Part shown: piece by piece, positions 6,999-15,633 of the stretch
Layout of the letters: each line of letters opens with the position of its first letter
How positions within the stretch are numbered: position 1 is the first letter of the stretch
Virus record (IMG/VR): IMGVR_UViG_3300040985_000507
Coordinates: 1 to 25,841 of that record
Length of the DNA stretch: 25,841 nt
Source: a virus
Lineage: Duplodnaviria; Caudoviricetes
Direction: 5' to 3' (one strand)
Notes under the pieces: generated by a model
Database searches by the model: none
What the model was told of the DNA's origin: nothing
The model's input: the letters and a program-made list of their open reading frames with translations, nothing else
Translations under genes and position numbers: made by a program

Positions 6999-8350
6999 AG
7001 ACACCTGTAGTCGATGTGTCACTACCACCGATATACAAACCTCTTGTTGAGCCGCATCGGTACAAGATCCTGTACGGTGGACGAGGCGCGGCACGTTCAT
7101 GGACGGTTGCCAGGATATTGCTACTCAAGGGCAAGGAGAAGAAGCTAAGGATTCTGTGTACCAGAGAGCTACAGAAATCCATCAAGGAGTCGGTCCACAA
7201 GCTACTGACTGATCAGATAGGCTTGATGGAGCTGGATAATTATTACACGTTCAACAACACCAGCATTATCGGCAGGAATGGCACAGAGTTTCTGTTCATG
7301 GGCATCCGGCACAATCCAAGTGAGATTAAGTCTTTGGAAGGGATTGATATTTGCTGGATTGAGGAGGGTGAGAATCTGACGGAGACATCCTGGGATATTA
7401 TTGATCCCACTATCCGTCAGGAAGGTTCTGAGATATGGGCGAACTACAACACCCGGTTTAAATTTGATCACTTGCACAAGATGTTCGTGATTGACAAAGC
7501 ACCGCCAGACTCGCTGGTTATTAAAGCAAGCTATGAAGACAACAAGTGGTTTCCAGATGTCCTGCGCCGGCAAATGGAGAACATGAAGGAAACGAACTAC
7601 GAGAAATACCTGCATATTTGGCGGGGACAGCTCAAGATACTGGCAGAGGGTGCGATATACGGACAGCAAATCATCCAAGCTCGTAAGGATGGCAGAATAC
7701 TGGACTTCCCTATCACCAACGCAGAGGTGGACACATTTTGGGATCTGGGGAAGAACAACCAGACGAGTATCTGGTTCATGCAGAAAGTTCAGCACCAGTA
7801 CAGGCTGATTGATTATTACGAAGCCAGGCTTCAAGAGATACCGCACTATTGCAAGGTGATTAAAGGGACGGCAGTGTTGACATCTGCGGGTGATCCAACG
7901 CCTTGTCCGGTAACTGAGGCGGCGAACGCTCGGAGAGCTAAGTACAATTACGGCACTCACTACATGCCGCACGATATTAAACAAGACGTACTGGGGATGC
8001 AGGAGACTCGCATCAAGCAGTTCATGAAGGGCGGTGTTAAGCCAATTGAGGCGGTAAAACAAATCGGCAATGTCGAAGAGGGCATTGAGATGACGAGGGA
8101 CATGTTCCCAGAAATGGTGTTCCATGAGACTAACTGTGAACGAGGCATCGAGGCAGTGTCCAACTATCGGTACAAATACCGGGACGATGACGATACCTAC
8201 GCCAACCAGCCTCACCATGACTGGTCCTCAAACGGCAGTGACGCTCTCAGGCAACTTGCTCAAGGCTACAGAGAACAAAGCAATACACAGGACTTCCGAG
8301 GCAAACCAAAAGACTTTCGTGGTAACCGCGAAGGTGCTTGGATGCGTTGA
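6989..8350 (+). CDS. terL: Terminase large subunit (PBSX/Sf6-like)
   Basis: YGGRGAARS Walker A variant, CTRELQKSI, WIEEG Walker B, PTIR; nuclease motifs WDLG and HDWSSNGSDALR. Confidence 0.95.
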   Translation: MGVKTPVVDVSLPPIYKPLVEPHRYKILYGGRGAARSWTVARILLLKGKEKKLRILCTRELQKSIKESVHKLLTDQIGLMELDNYYTFNNTSIIGRNGTEFLFMGIRHNPSEIKSLEGIDICWIEEGENLTETSWDIIDPTIRQEGSEIWANYNTRFKFDHLHKMFVIDKAPPDSLVIKASYEDNKWFPDVLRRQMENMKETNYEKYLHIWRGQLKILAEGAIYGQQIIQARKDGRILDFPITNAEVDTFWDLGKNNQTSIWFMQKVQHQYRLIDYYEARLQEIPHYCKVIKGTAVLTSAGDPTPCPVTEAANARRAKYNYGTHYMPHDIKQDVLGMQETRIKQFMKGGVKPIEAVKQIGNVEEGIEMTRDMFPEMVFHETNCERGIEAVSNYRYKYRDDDDTYANQPHHDWSSNGSDALRQLAQGYREQSNTQDFRGKPKDFRGNREGAWMR

Positions 8351-8369
8351 ATATTAAACGAGGATTGAA

Positions 8370-10370
8370 ATGGCAGACGAACTAAAAGACGAGATCGAGG
8401 AGTTTTCTCAATACCAAGATCATTGGGCTGAGACTCGCAACACAATGCTCGAAGACTTGAAGTTTGCGCGTCTTGGTGAACAGTGGGACGAGAAGACTAG
8501 GGACGACAGGATGCGTCAAGGCAGACCTGTACTCACTATCAACAAGATGCCAAGCTTTGCCCGTCAGATAGTGAACGAGGCACGACTTAACAAGCCCTCG
8601 ATTAAGATCCATCCAGCAGATGACAAGGCAGACGTGAAGACTGCCGAAGTAATGAACGGATTGATCCGCAACATTGAGTACTGTTCCAATGCCGAGGTAG
8701 CCTATGACACTGGCTTGGAGTATGCAGTGTATTGCGGTGTTGGTTACTTCAGAATTGACGTTGAATACTCAGCCTTTGACTCATTCGAGCAGGACTTGGT
8801 GATTGAACGCATCACGAACCCGCTGTCTGTGTATGGCGATATTAACTCCACTGCCGCTGATGCGTCAGATTGGGATAAATGTTGGATTACCGAGATGGTG
8901 TCAAGAGAATCCTTTGAGCTTGATTATCCAGATGCAGATCCGGTTTCCTTTAGTGGCGACTATGACGAGAGCTGGACGGAAGAGGATGACATCCGACTGG
9001 CAGAGAGATGGGTTAGAAACCAAGAAGAAACAGATTTACTGATGCTCAACAACGGCGAGGTTTTGCTCCAGGATGACTACGAGCCAAACAAAGAGCTGCT
9101 CGATTCAATGGGAATCGTCGTGGTGAATACTCGCAAGACAACACAGGACAAGGTGACGAAGTACCTGCTGACAGCTTCAGAAATACTGGACACCACCGAG
9201 TACCCTGGGAAGTACATCCCCATTGTGCCAGTATACGGTGAAGAGTTTACTGTTGAGGGTAAGCGGTACTTTCAATCGATGTTTAGACACGCCAAAGACT
9301 CCCAGAGGATGTTCAATTATTGGCGAACCAACGCAACAGAGCTGGTGGCGCTTGCGCCAAAAACGCCTTATATCGGCAAGAAAGGCTCATTTGATTCAGA
9401 TGCCGCTAACTGGGCGACAGCAAACACCGAGAATCACCCATATCTTGAGTATGAGGGCGATATAACTCCAGAACGGCAACCACTGCCGCAAATACCCGTA
9501 GGTGCGCTACAAGAGGCATCCAGTGCCGATATGGACATGAAGTCTATTATTGGCATCTTTGATCCGGGGCTAGGCGATAACCAAAAGAGCGACATGTCAG
9601 GCAAGGCTATTCATGAGTGGAAGGTTGAGTCTGATACCAGCAACTTCCATTTCCTTGATAACCTGTCTCGATCAATGCGCTATGCCGGGCGAGTGCTTCT
9701 GGACTTGATCCCGCATGTCTACAACGAGCAACGCATCATTCGGATCATGGGTTCGGACGGCGAGCCAGAGAACGTGCCGATCGGACAACAGTATGAGAGC
9801 GAGGGACAGTCACGAGTAAACGACTTCAGCGCAGGTAAGTATGACTTGACGGTGCAGACTGGTCCGAGCTTCACAACACGCAGACAAGAAGCACTGAAAA
9901 CCATGCAGTCGATGGTTGCCTCTGCGCCAGGCTTGATGCAGGTAGTGGGTGACTTGATAGCGAAGAACATGGATTGGGACGGTGCAGATGAGATTGCCAA
10001 GCGATTGAAAGCCATGCTACCTCCACAGGTTGCGGCACTTGAGAACATGCAGGACATCCCAGAGGAGGCGAGAGCTTTCGTGGCGAACGCTCAAGGGCAA
10101 CTCCAGCAGATGCAGCAGACTATCCAACAGAAAGACACGCAGCTTGCCGAATACGATCAGGCTACCAAGCAATTACAGTTACGCCTTGAGAGCAAAGAGG
10201 GTGAGCTACAGATCAAGGGCGATGCGAACGCTATCAAACTGGAAATAGCTCAACTGCAAGAATCCAACAAAGAGGACATGACGATACTCAAGGGCGAGAT
10301 TGAAAAGCAGATTGTTGTTCTGAAAGATCAGCTTGAGCCTATCGTTCACCTCTACGCGGAGGCGGGTTAA
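8370..10370 (+). CDS. Portal protein, P22 gp1-like
   Basis: GEQW..RPVLTINK, YIPIVPVYG, AKDSQRMFNYW, GKYDLTVQTGPSFTTRRQE; C-terminal Gln-rich coiled coil; follows TerL. Confidence 0.95.
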   Translation: MADELKDEIEEFSQYQDHWAETRNTMLEDLKFARLGEQWDEKTRDDRMRQGRPVLTINKMPSFARQIVNEARLNKPSIKIHPADDKADVKTAEVMNGLIRNIEYCSNAEVAYDTGLEYAVYCGVGYFRIDVEYSAFDSFEQDLVIERITNPLSVYGDINSTAADASDWDKCWITEMVSRESFELDYPDADPVSFSGDYDESWTEEDDIRLAERWVRNQEETDLLMLNNGEVLLQDDYEPNKELLDSMGIVVVNTRKTTQDKVTKYLLTASEILDTTEYPGKYIPIVPVYGEEFTVEGKRYFQSMFRHAKDSQRMFNYWRTNATELVALAPKTPYIGKKGSFDSDAANWATANTENHPYLEYEGDITPERQPLPQIPVGALQEASSADMDMKSIIGIFDPGLGDNQKSDMSGKAIHEWKVESDTSNFHFLDNLSRSMRYAGRVLLDLIPHVYNEQRIIRIMGSDGEPENVPIGQQYESEGQSRVNDFSAGKYDLTVQTGPSFTTRRQEALKTMQSMVASAPGLMQVVGDLIAKNMDWDGADEIAKRLKAMLPPQVAALENMQDIPEEARAFVANAQGQLQQMQQTIQQKDTQLAEYDQATKQLQLRLESKEGELQIKGDANAIKLEIAQLQESNKEDMTILKGEIEKQIVVLKDQLEPIVHLYAEAG

Positions 10371-10852
10371 TGGCTGGCATACTAAACATGCCAGCAGAGA
10401 GAAAGGAAGGTATTCTTGGACTCAACAATAATCAAGGTACAGGTATTTGGCATCACAATCTTAGTGGCTCGAAAGAACAACAGCTCGACCAATTGCAGAA
10501 AAGTGAGAAACAGTTTTATAAAGAAAATCCAAGAATGAGTTTACAGCTCACGCCAACGGATGAGCCAAACACTGTATATGGATTACCTGTTTACAAAGAT
10601 CAGCATGGTAACAGGCATTCAGAAAGCTCAATTACCTTTCCTTTAACAGAGGGCGGTGAGTGGATAACAGTGTCATCGATCTATCCTGATTCAAAAACAG
10701 GCGTTCCGAGATACCATACAGAAGATGAGGTAAGGGAAATTATACTGACTAACAAGTTTGTTAATCCTGTAAATCAAGAGCAAGTCCCTAAGTTTAAATC
10801 TATGGATGAAGCAATAAACTATGCTTTAGAAAGGGACTTATCTTTGCAATGA
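10370..10852 (+). CDS. Hypothetical protein with N-terminal GIL motifs (possible virion cargo)
   Basis: 160-aa ORF with TAATG overlap to the portal; begins MAGILN..EGILG. Confidence 0.75.
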   Translation: MAGILNMPAERKEGILGLNNNQGTGIWHHNLSGSKEQQLDQLQKSEKQFYKENPRMSLQLTPTDEPNTVYGLPVYKDQHGNRHSESSITFPLTEGGEWITVSSIYPDSKTGVPRYHTEDEVREIILTNKFVNPVNQEQVPKFKSMDEAINYALERDLSLQ

Positions 10853-12306
10853 GTGGCATCCTGGGCAACCTGAAGAGAGGTGTTTTAAATTACATCGAGA
10901 ACGATCCGCAGATGAATGTCCTGGGCGGTATTCTGGGGCAGTATGGTGAGGAGGGTTTGAACTTCCTGCAAAGCGGTGGTGATGTTGATGAGTTTATGCG
11001 TCGAAGAGGCTATGAGGGTGAAGTCCAGTATCCGCTCGGAGCAGAAATGACACCCGTTATTGACGTGCTAGGTGATGCTGCGTTTACTGTAAATAGTGCA
11101 GAGGACTTTTTTCAAGATCCTTCTTTATGGGGCGCAGCTAAGACACTCGGCGGCGGCGTGTTGACTGCCTTACCTGTAAGCGCAGCAATGGTTAAAGCCT
11201 TTCACGGCACACCTCACAAAGTTGATAAGTTCAGAATGGACAAGATAGGCACAGGTGAGGGCGCACAGGCTTATGGGAGTGGATTGTATTTTGCTGAGAA
11301 TCCGAAGGTTGCAGGGCAGTATCAAAGGACACTGTTCGATCAGAATATTCAAGAACCGGAAGTGTTGGCTAAAAAAATTCTTACCAATTATGACGGAGAC
11401 ACGATTGATGCAATATACCAATTACGTCAGATGGGAAGACAAGATTCAGCACAGTTGTTATCGGACGGTGTTGACCTGTCTAAAGTTGAACTCCCAGATG
11501 AAGCAGGCAACCTCTACAACGTAAACCTAAACGTAGAACCAGAAGACTTACTTGATTGGGATGGTGGGTTCTCTGATCAACCTGAGAACTTACAGAAAGC
11601 ATGGAAAGATATGTGGGCAGATAGAGAGGCAGACGGCTTCTTTAAGAATGTTGACGGCACTATAGATGAAGATGCTGTGACAGGACGTATGATGTATCAC
11701 GAAATTGCAGATCATCAATACACTAAGGCTTATGTTGGGGAGAATAACTTAACAAAAGCAAACGCAATGAATATCGAACAAGAAGCAAGCAAAGCACTCA
11801 AAGAAGCCGGAATCCCAGGAATAAAATACTTTGACGGCAACAGTAGAAACGCTGGAGAAGGAACAAGAAATTTCGTCATGTTCGATGAAGACTTGATTGA
11901 GATAGCAGAACCTAAAAGGGTTTTGGGTGGTGTTGATGAGGGTGTGTTGGGTGGGGGGAAGGTTAAAGGTGGGTTTACAACAGAAACCACAGATATGCCA
12001 TTGTATGACGACATGATGAAATCTCCAGAATATTTTAAAAAGAATAAAGGAATGACAGGAAGTATTGAAACTTTCACCCCAAATGAATACATGACAACTC
12101 TCAATCAAACTAGCAGTAACACTGCTATTGATCCAAAATTAGTTGATGAATATGCACAGAAAATGGCTAATGGCGAAGACTTCCCTATGGCAGTCATTGA
12201 ATATCAAGACGGGAAAATCGTCAATCAAGAGGGTAGACATAGAGCATTGGCGGCACAAAAAGCTGGAGTAAGCGAAATGCCAGTGTTAATTGTGAATAGA
12301 AAATAA
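10849..12306 (+). CDS. Polyvalent-type protein: ADP-ribosyltransferase-like (ART-PolyVal-like) domain plus C-terminal ParB/Srx-like domain
   Basis: FHGTPH..F..IGTGEGAQAYGSGLYFAENP and GIPGIKYFD..TRNFVMFD; C-terminal QEGRHRALAA..GVSEMPV; ATGA overlap with the upstream gene. Confidence 0.75.
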   Translation: MSGILGNLKRGVLNYIENDPQMNVLGGILGQYGEEGLNFLQSGGDVDEFMRRRGYEGEVQYPLGAEMTPVIDVLGDAAFTVNSAEDFFQDPSLWGAAKTLGGGVLTALPVSAAMVKAFHGTPHKVDKFRMDKIGTGEGAQAYGSGLYFAENPKVAGQYQRTLFDQNIQEPEVLAKKILTNYDGDTIDAIYQLRQMGRQDSAQLLSDGVDLSKVELPDEAGNLYNVNLNVEPEDLLDWDGGFSDQPENLQKAWKDMWADREADGFFKNVDGTIDEDAVTGRMMYHEIADHQYTKAYVGENNLTKANAMNIEQEASKALKEAGIPGIKYFDGNSRNAGEGTRNFVMFDEDLIEIAEPKRVLGGVDEGVLGGGKVKGGFTTETTDMPLYDDMMKSPEYFKKNKGMTGSIETFTPNEYMTTLNQTSSNTAIDPKLVDEYAQKMANGEDFPMAVIEYQDGKIVNQEGRHRALAAQKAGVSEMPVLIVNRK

Positions 12307-12328
12307 TAATCTAAAGTATTTACTAACC

Positions 12329-12346
12329 GACTAACCGAGAGGAGTC
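12329..12346 (+). promoter_or_regulatory. Bulged GNRA hairpin occluding the scaffold SD (candidate translational operator)
   Basis: GACT-AA-CC-GAGA-GG-AGTC, 5 nt before ATG 12352. Confidence 0.6.
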
Positions 12347-12351
12347 ACAGC

Positions 12352-13287
12352 ATGAACGAGCAAGCAGAAGCACTCGAAGTAGAAGAGGCACAGGAAACCG
12401 AGGAAACTACGGAACTGAAGCCTGGCAGTACTGGCGTTGATGAAATAAACGATCAGGCAGAAGAGCGTCAAGATGAAGAGTCAGATGATGATAGTGATGG
12501 CGAGGAAGTCAGCGATAACGCTGAACCCGTTGAGCTTGAGTATGAAGACATTGATATTGACGGAGTAAAGTATTCATTACCAAAGGGGCTTAAAGATAAC
12601 GTAATGATGCAAGCGGATTATACCCGCAAGACACAAGCGGTAGCCGAACAACGCAGAGCTATTGAAGACTTTCAGAAGGAGACTGAGGTTCAACGGCAGC
12701 AATTCGAGCAACACCGTGAATTAAACGCAGAGCTACACTCGATTGATTCTCAGATTAAGCAATACCAGCAGGTAGATTGGGCAACACTTCAGAACCAAAG
12801 TCCTGAGATGGCTCAACAACACCAGTTCAACTTTGTTAATTTGCAGAACGAAAGACAGCAGAAAGCGCAAGAACTTGAACAGACAGTAGCGGAGACTGCA
12901 AGGTCGCAGGAGCAATTTGCTTCAACGCGCAAGGCAGAAATCGTCCGTTCCTTACATTCAGAGGTCGAAGGTTGGTCAGGCGAAAAAGCTCAACAGATTG
13001 TCAAATTTGCCCAGGAGTCTGGGTACACAAGAGAGTTTGTTAAGGCACTTGATGACGGGATTTTCCCTGATACGGTGTCAATGGTGAAAACCATTAATGA
13101 GGCAATGCTTTACCGTGACATGACAGCGAAAGCTAAAAAACTAAAAGGTAAGCCACCGTTAAAGGTTGTTCCTTCCAAGAAAGTAACCGGGAAGAGGACG
13201 AACAAGGCGGATATTTACTCGAAGAACATGTCAACGGCAGAACGGATTAAGTTACGTCAAAAGCAGGACCGTCAGAAGAGAAATTAG
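12352..13287 (+). CDS. Capsid scaffolding protein
   Basis: Acidic N-terminus, MQADYTRKTQ motif, coiled coil, basic C-terminus; directly upstream of the coat gene. Confidence 0.85.
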   Translation: MNEQAEALEVEEAQETEETTELKPGSTGVDEINDQAEERQDEESDDDSDGEEVSDNAEPVELEYEDIDIDGVKYSLPKGLKDNVMMQADYTRKTQAVAEQRRAIEDFQKETEVQRQQFEQHRELNAELHSIDSQIKQYQQVDWATLQNQSPEMAQQHQFNFVNLQNERQQKAQELEQTVAETARSQEQFASTRKAEIVRSLHSEVEGWSGEKAQQIVKFAQESGYTREFVKALDDGIFPDTVSMVKTINEAMLYRDMTAKAKKLKGKPPLKVVPSKKVTGKRTNKADIYSKNMSTAERIKLRQKQDRQKRN

Positions 13288-13330
13288 CCTGATTATTTAT
13301 ATTTTAATTAATCTTTTTGGAGAAACATAA

Positions 13331-14542
13331 ATGGCTAATGTCAATTTAACTCCCGACATGATCACTGATGAAGCACTAAAAGTCTTGCATCAGAAGTGTA
13401 ACTTTGTCGGAAACATAATCACCGATTACGATGACTCGTTTGCTAAAGACGGTGCTAAAATCGGTAACACGCTCAGAATCAGACAGCCTATCCAGTACGC
13501 AACTGGCACTGGTGCTACGATGGCAACAGGTGCGGCAGCCGATACCGAGCAATCTCAAACTACGTTGACTGTTTCCTCTCAGCGTCACGTTGCTATGCGC
13601 TTCACATCTGAAGAGCTGGCAATGGACATTGATGACTTCAGTAAGCGTCACGTTGAACCTGCGGTTGCAGTACTTGCGGCAAACATTGAAGCTGATGCTT
13701 TCAACATGATCGATGAAGTAGCAAACACCGTGCATGCTGGTACAGCAGTGGCTTTCAGTGAAGTGTTGCAGGGACGCAAGAAACTGGTAGACGGACTTGC
13801 TCCTCAAGGAGACAGGGCGGCTATTCTTGACACTCAGGCGAATGTTGACTTGGTAGACGCGCTTAAGGGTTTATTCCAGGACTCAAGCCAAATCAGCTCT
13901 CAGTACAAAGAGGGTATGATGGGTAGAACGGCTGGTTTTGACTTCTACGAGAATACGCTTCTTCCATCTCACACAACTGGTGCAGAGGGTGGTTTGGGTA
14001 ACTATCTCGTGAATGATGCCACAGCAGGTGTCACAACGGGTGCAAACCTTACATCGGGTTCGCTTATCGTGGACACTGGCACGAAGACTATTAAAGAGGG
14101 TGATGTGTTCACCATCGCTAATGTCTACAGTGTGCAGCCTGAGTCGAAAGTCTCAACGGGTGAGCTACAGCAGTTCACTGTACTGGCTGATGCAGCCGGT
14201 GCTGGCACTTTGAGTATCGCACCTCCGATTATTACGGCGGGTGAGTATCAGAATGTCAACTCAGTACCTGCTAACAACGCAGCGTTAACCTTCCTCGGTG
14301 CGGCATCGACTGCTTATAAACAGTCACTGTTGTTCCAGAAGGGGTTTGCCTGTTTTGCAACGGCGGATTTGGTAATGCCTAAGAATGTCCACATGGCTTC
14401 ACGTAGACAGTTTGAAGGGATCAGCATGAGACTCGTAAGTGATTACGACATCGTGAAAGATCGGGTGTATACCAGATTAGATGTTCTTTACGGCTTTAAG
14501 GTTTTACGCCCACAACTGGCGTGTAAGATACTTCATACGTAA
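13331..14542 (+). CDS. Major capsid protein, P22 coat (gp5) family
   Basis: MAN..LTPDMIT.EAL..L, GAKIGNTLRIRQP, GDVFTIANV, RLDVLYG..LRP motifs. Confidence 0.95.
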   Translation: MANVNLTPDMITDEALKVLHQKCNFVGNIITDYDDSFAKDGAKIGNTLRIRQPIQYATGTGATMATGAAADTEQSQTTLTVSSQRHVAMRFTSEELAMDIDDFSKRHVEPAVAVLAANIEADAFNMIDEVANTVHAGTAVAFSEVLQGRKKLVDGLAPQGDRAAILDTQANVDLVDALKGLFQDSSQISSQYKEGMMGRTAGFDFYENTLLPSHTTGAEGGLGNYLVNDATAGVTTGANLTSGSLIVDTGTKTIKEGDVFTIANVYSVQPESKVSTGELQQFTVLADAAGAGTLSIAPPIITAGEYQNVNSVPANNAALTFLGAASTAYKQSLLFQKGFACFATADLVMPKNVHMASRRQFEGISMRLVSDYDIVKDRVYTRLDVLYGFKVLRPQLACKILHT

Positions 14543-14566
14543 GACAGTCTAGTACGGCTACAAACT

Positions 14567-14597
14567 TGGAGGGGGAGTAATCCCCTTCCATTTTCTT
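14567..14597 (+). terminator. Rho-independent terminator after the coat gene
   Basis: TGGAGGGGGA-GTAA-TCCCCTTCCA stem with a GNRA loop, then TTTTCTT. Confidence 0.85.
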
Positions 14598-14617
14598 ATA
14601 ATTAAGAGGGTAACAAA

Positions 14618-14773
14618 ATGAACGAACATGTATGGATGGTATTAGGTGATGACGAGATTTGTTGTAACCGCAGTGCGATGGCACGTTACAAGAAAGACGG
14701 CTGGAAGTTGAAAGAACAACCTGCTGCAAGTGTTAACAAAGCACCTGTTAAGAAAAAAACCACCTCGAAGTAA
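14618..14773 (+). CDS. Small 51-aa protein with basic tail (MNEHVWMVLGDDEICCNRSAMARYKKDGWKLKEQPAASVNKAPVKKKTTSK)
   Basis: Manually translated; AAGAGGG SD; TAATG overlap with the sulfotransferase. Confidence 0.7.
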   Translation: MNEHVWMVLGDDEICCNRSAMARYKKDGWKLKEQPAASVNKAPVKKKTTSK

Positions 14774-15633
14774 TGAACTACAAAGAGATAATCTGGCTGG
14801 CGAGTTACCCGAAGTCGGGGAACACCTGGGTGCGTCTTTTTATCGAGGCGTATCTACTGGGGAAGTTTGATTTGAACAACGTCATTTGTTCAGTCTCGGA
14901 CGATACCAGTACTCGGCATGGTGTGGGCGATGGCTCTGATGAGCGTAGTTTTCCTGTAGAGATACAGCAGCTAACTCGCCCTATGGCACTGTTGCGCCTT
15001 GTCAGGATGTTTCACAAGCATAAGCCTGTTGATGGCATGCCTTTGTTCGTGAAGACGCATAACGCTAATCTGGTAGCGAATGGCATGACGTTATTGCCTG
15101 AGCAACTGAGTAAAAAGACGGTGCATATCGTGCGTGATCCGAGGGATGTCGCTTTGTCATTCAGCAAGCACATCGGGTTGAGTGTCGATAAGACTATTGA
15201 CTACATGGAAGACAAGTACCGGGTGTTGTCAACGGACACTGAGAGGCTGAAGATGTCTGACTTTCTGTCAAGCTGGCGCAAGCATACGCAGTCATTCCTT
15301 GAGGGTGACTTGATTGGTGTCAAAACCTTTCTCTATGAGGATATGTATTACGATGGCGTGAAAACCTTCTGTGATATTTTAGATCACTGTGAGATTGAGC
15401 CTGATGCTGAACGGGTTGAGATGGCACTGGAACTGGTGAAGCTGTCAAACCTGCGTGAGAAAGAAAAAGAGGATGGGTTTGTGGAAGCCTCACACAAAAA
15501 TACATCAGGGTTCTTTGGCAAAGGTGGATCACGATGGGAGAAGGAATTACTACCCTCTCAAGCACATCGCATCGCTAAAATGGGCGGTGCTTATATGAAG
15601 AAGTTGGGCTATCTGGAGAATAAAGTCGCATGA
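14773..15633 (+). CDS. PAPS-dependent sulfotransferase (Sulfotransfer_1-like)
   Basis: 5'-PSB loop WLASYPKSGNTW, catalytic KTH, 3'-PB IVRDPRDVALS, YEDM, and C-terminal FFGKG..W. Confidence 0.92.
   Translation: MNYKEIIWLASYPKSGNTWVRLFIEAYLLGKFDLNNVICSVSDDTSTRHGVGDGSDERSFPVEIQQLTRPMALLRLVRMFHKHKPVDGMPLFVKTHNANLVANGMTLLPEQLSKKTVHIVRDPRDVALSFSKHIGLSVDKTIDYMEDKYRVLSTDTERLKMSDFLSSWRKHTQSFLEGDLIGVKTFLYEDMYYDGVKTFCDILDHCEIEPDAERVEMALELVKLSNLREKEKEDGFVEASHKNTSGFFGKGGSRWEKELLPSQAHRIAKMGGAYMKKLGYLENKVA

Noticed and set aside
7202-8218. 338-aa antisense ORF inside terL
   Set aside because: Lies fully opposite a conserved essential gene, has no recognisable motif, and its V/L/H-rich composition is typical of a shadow frame
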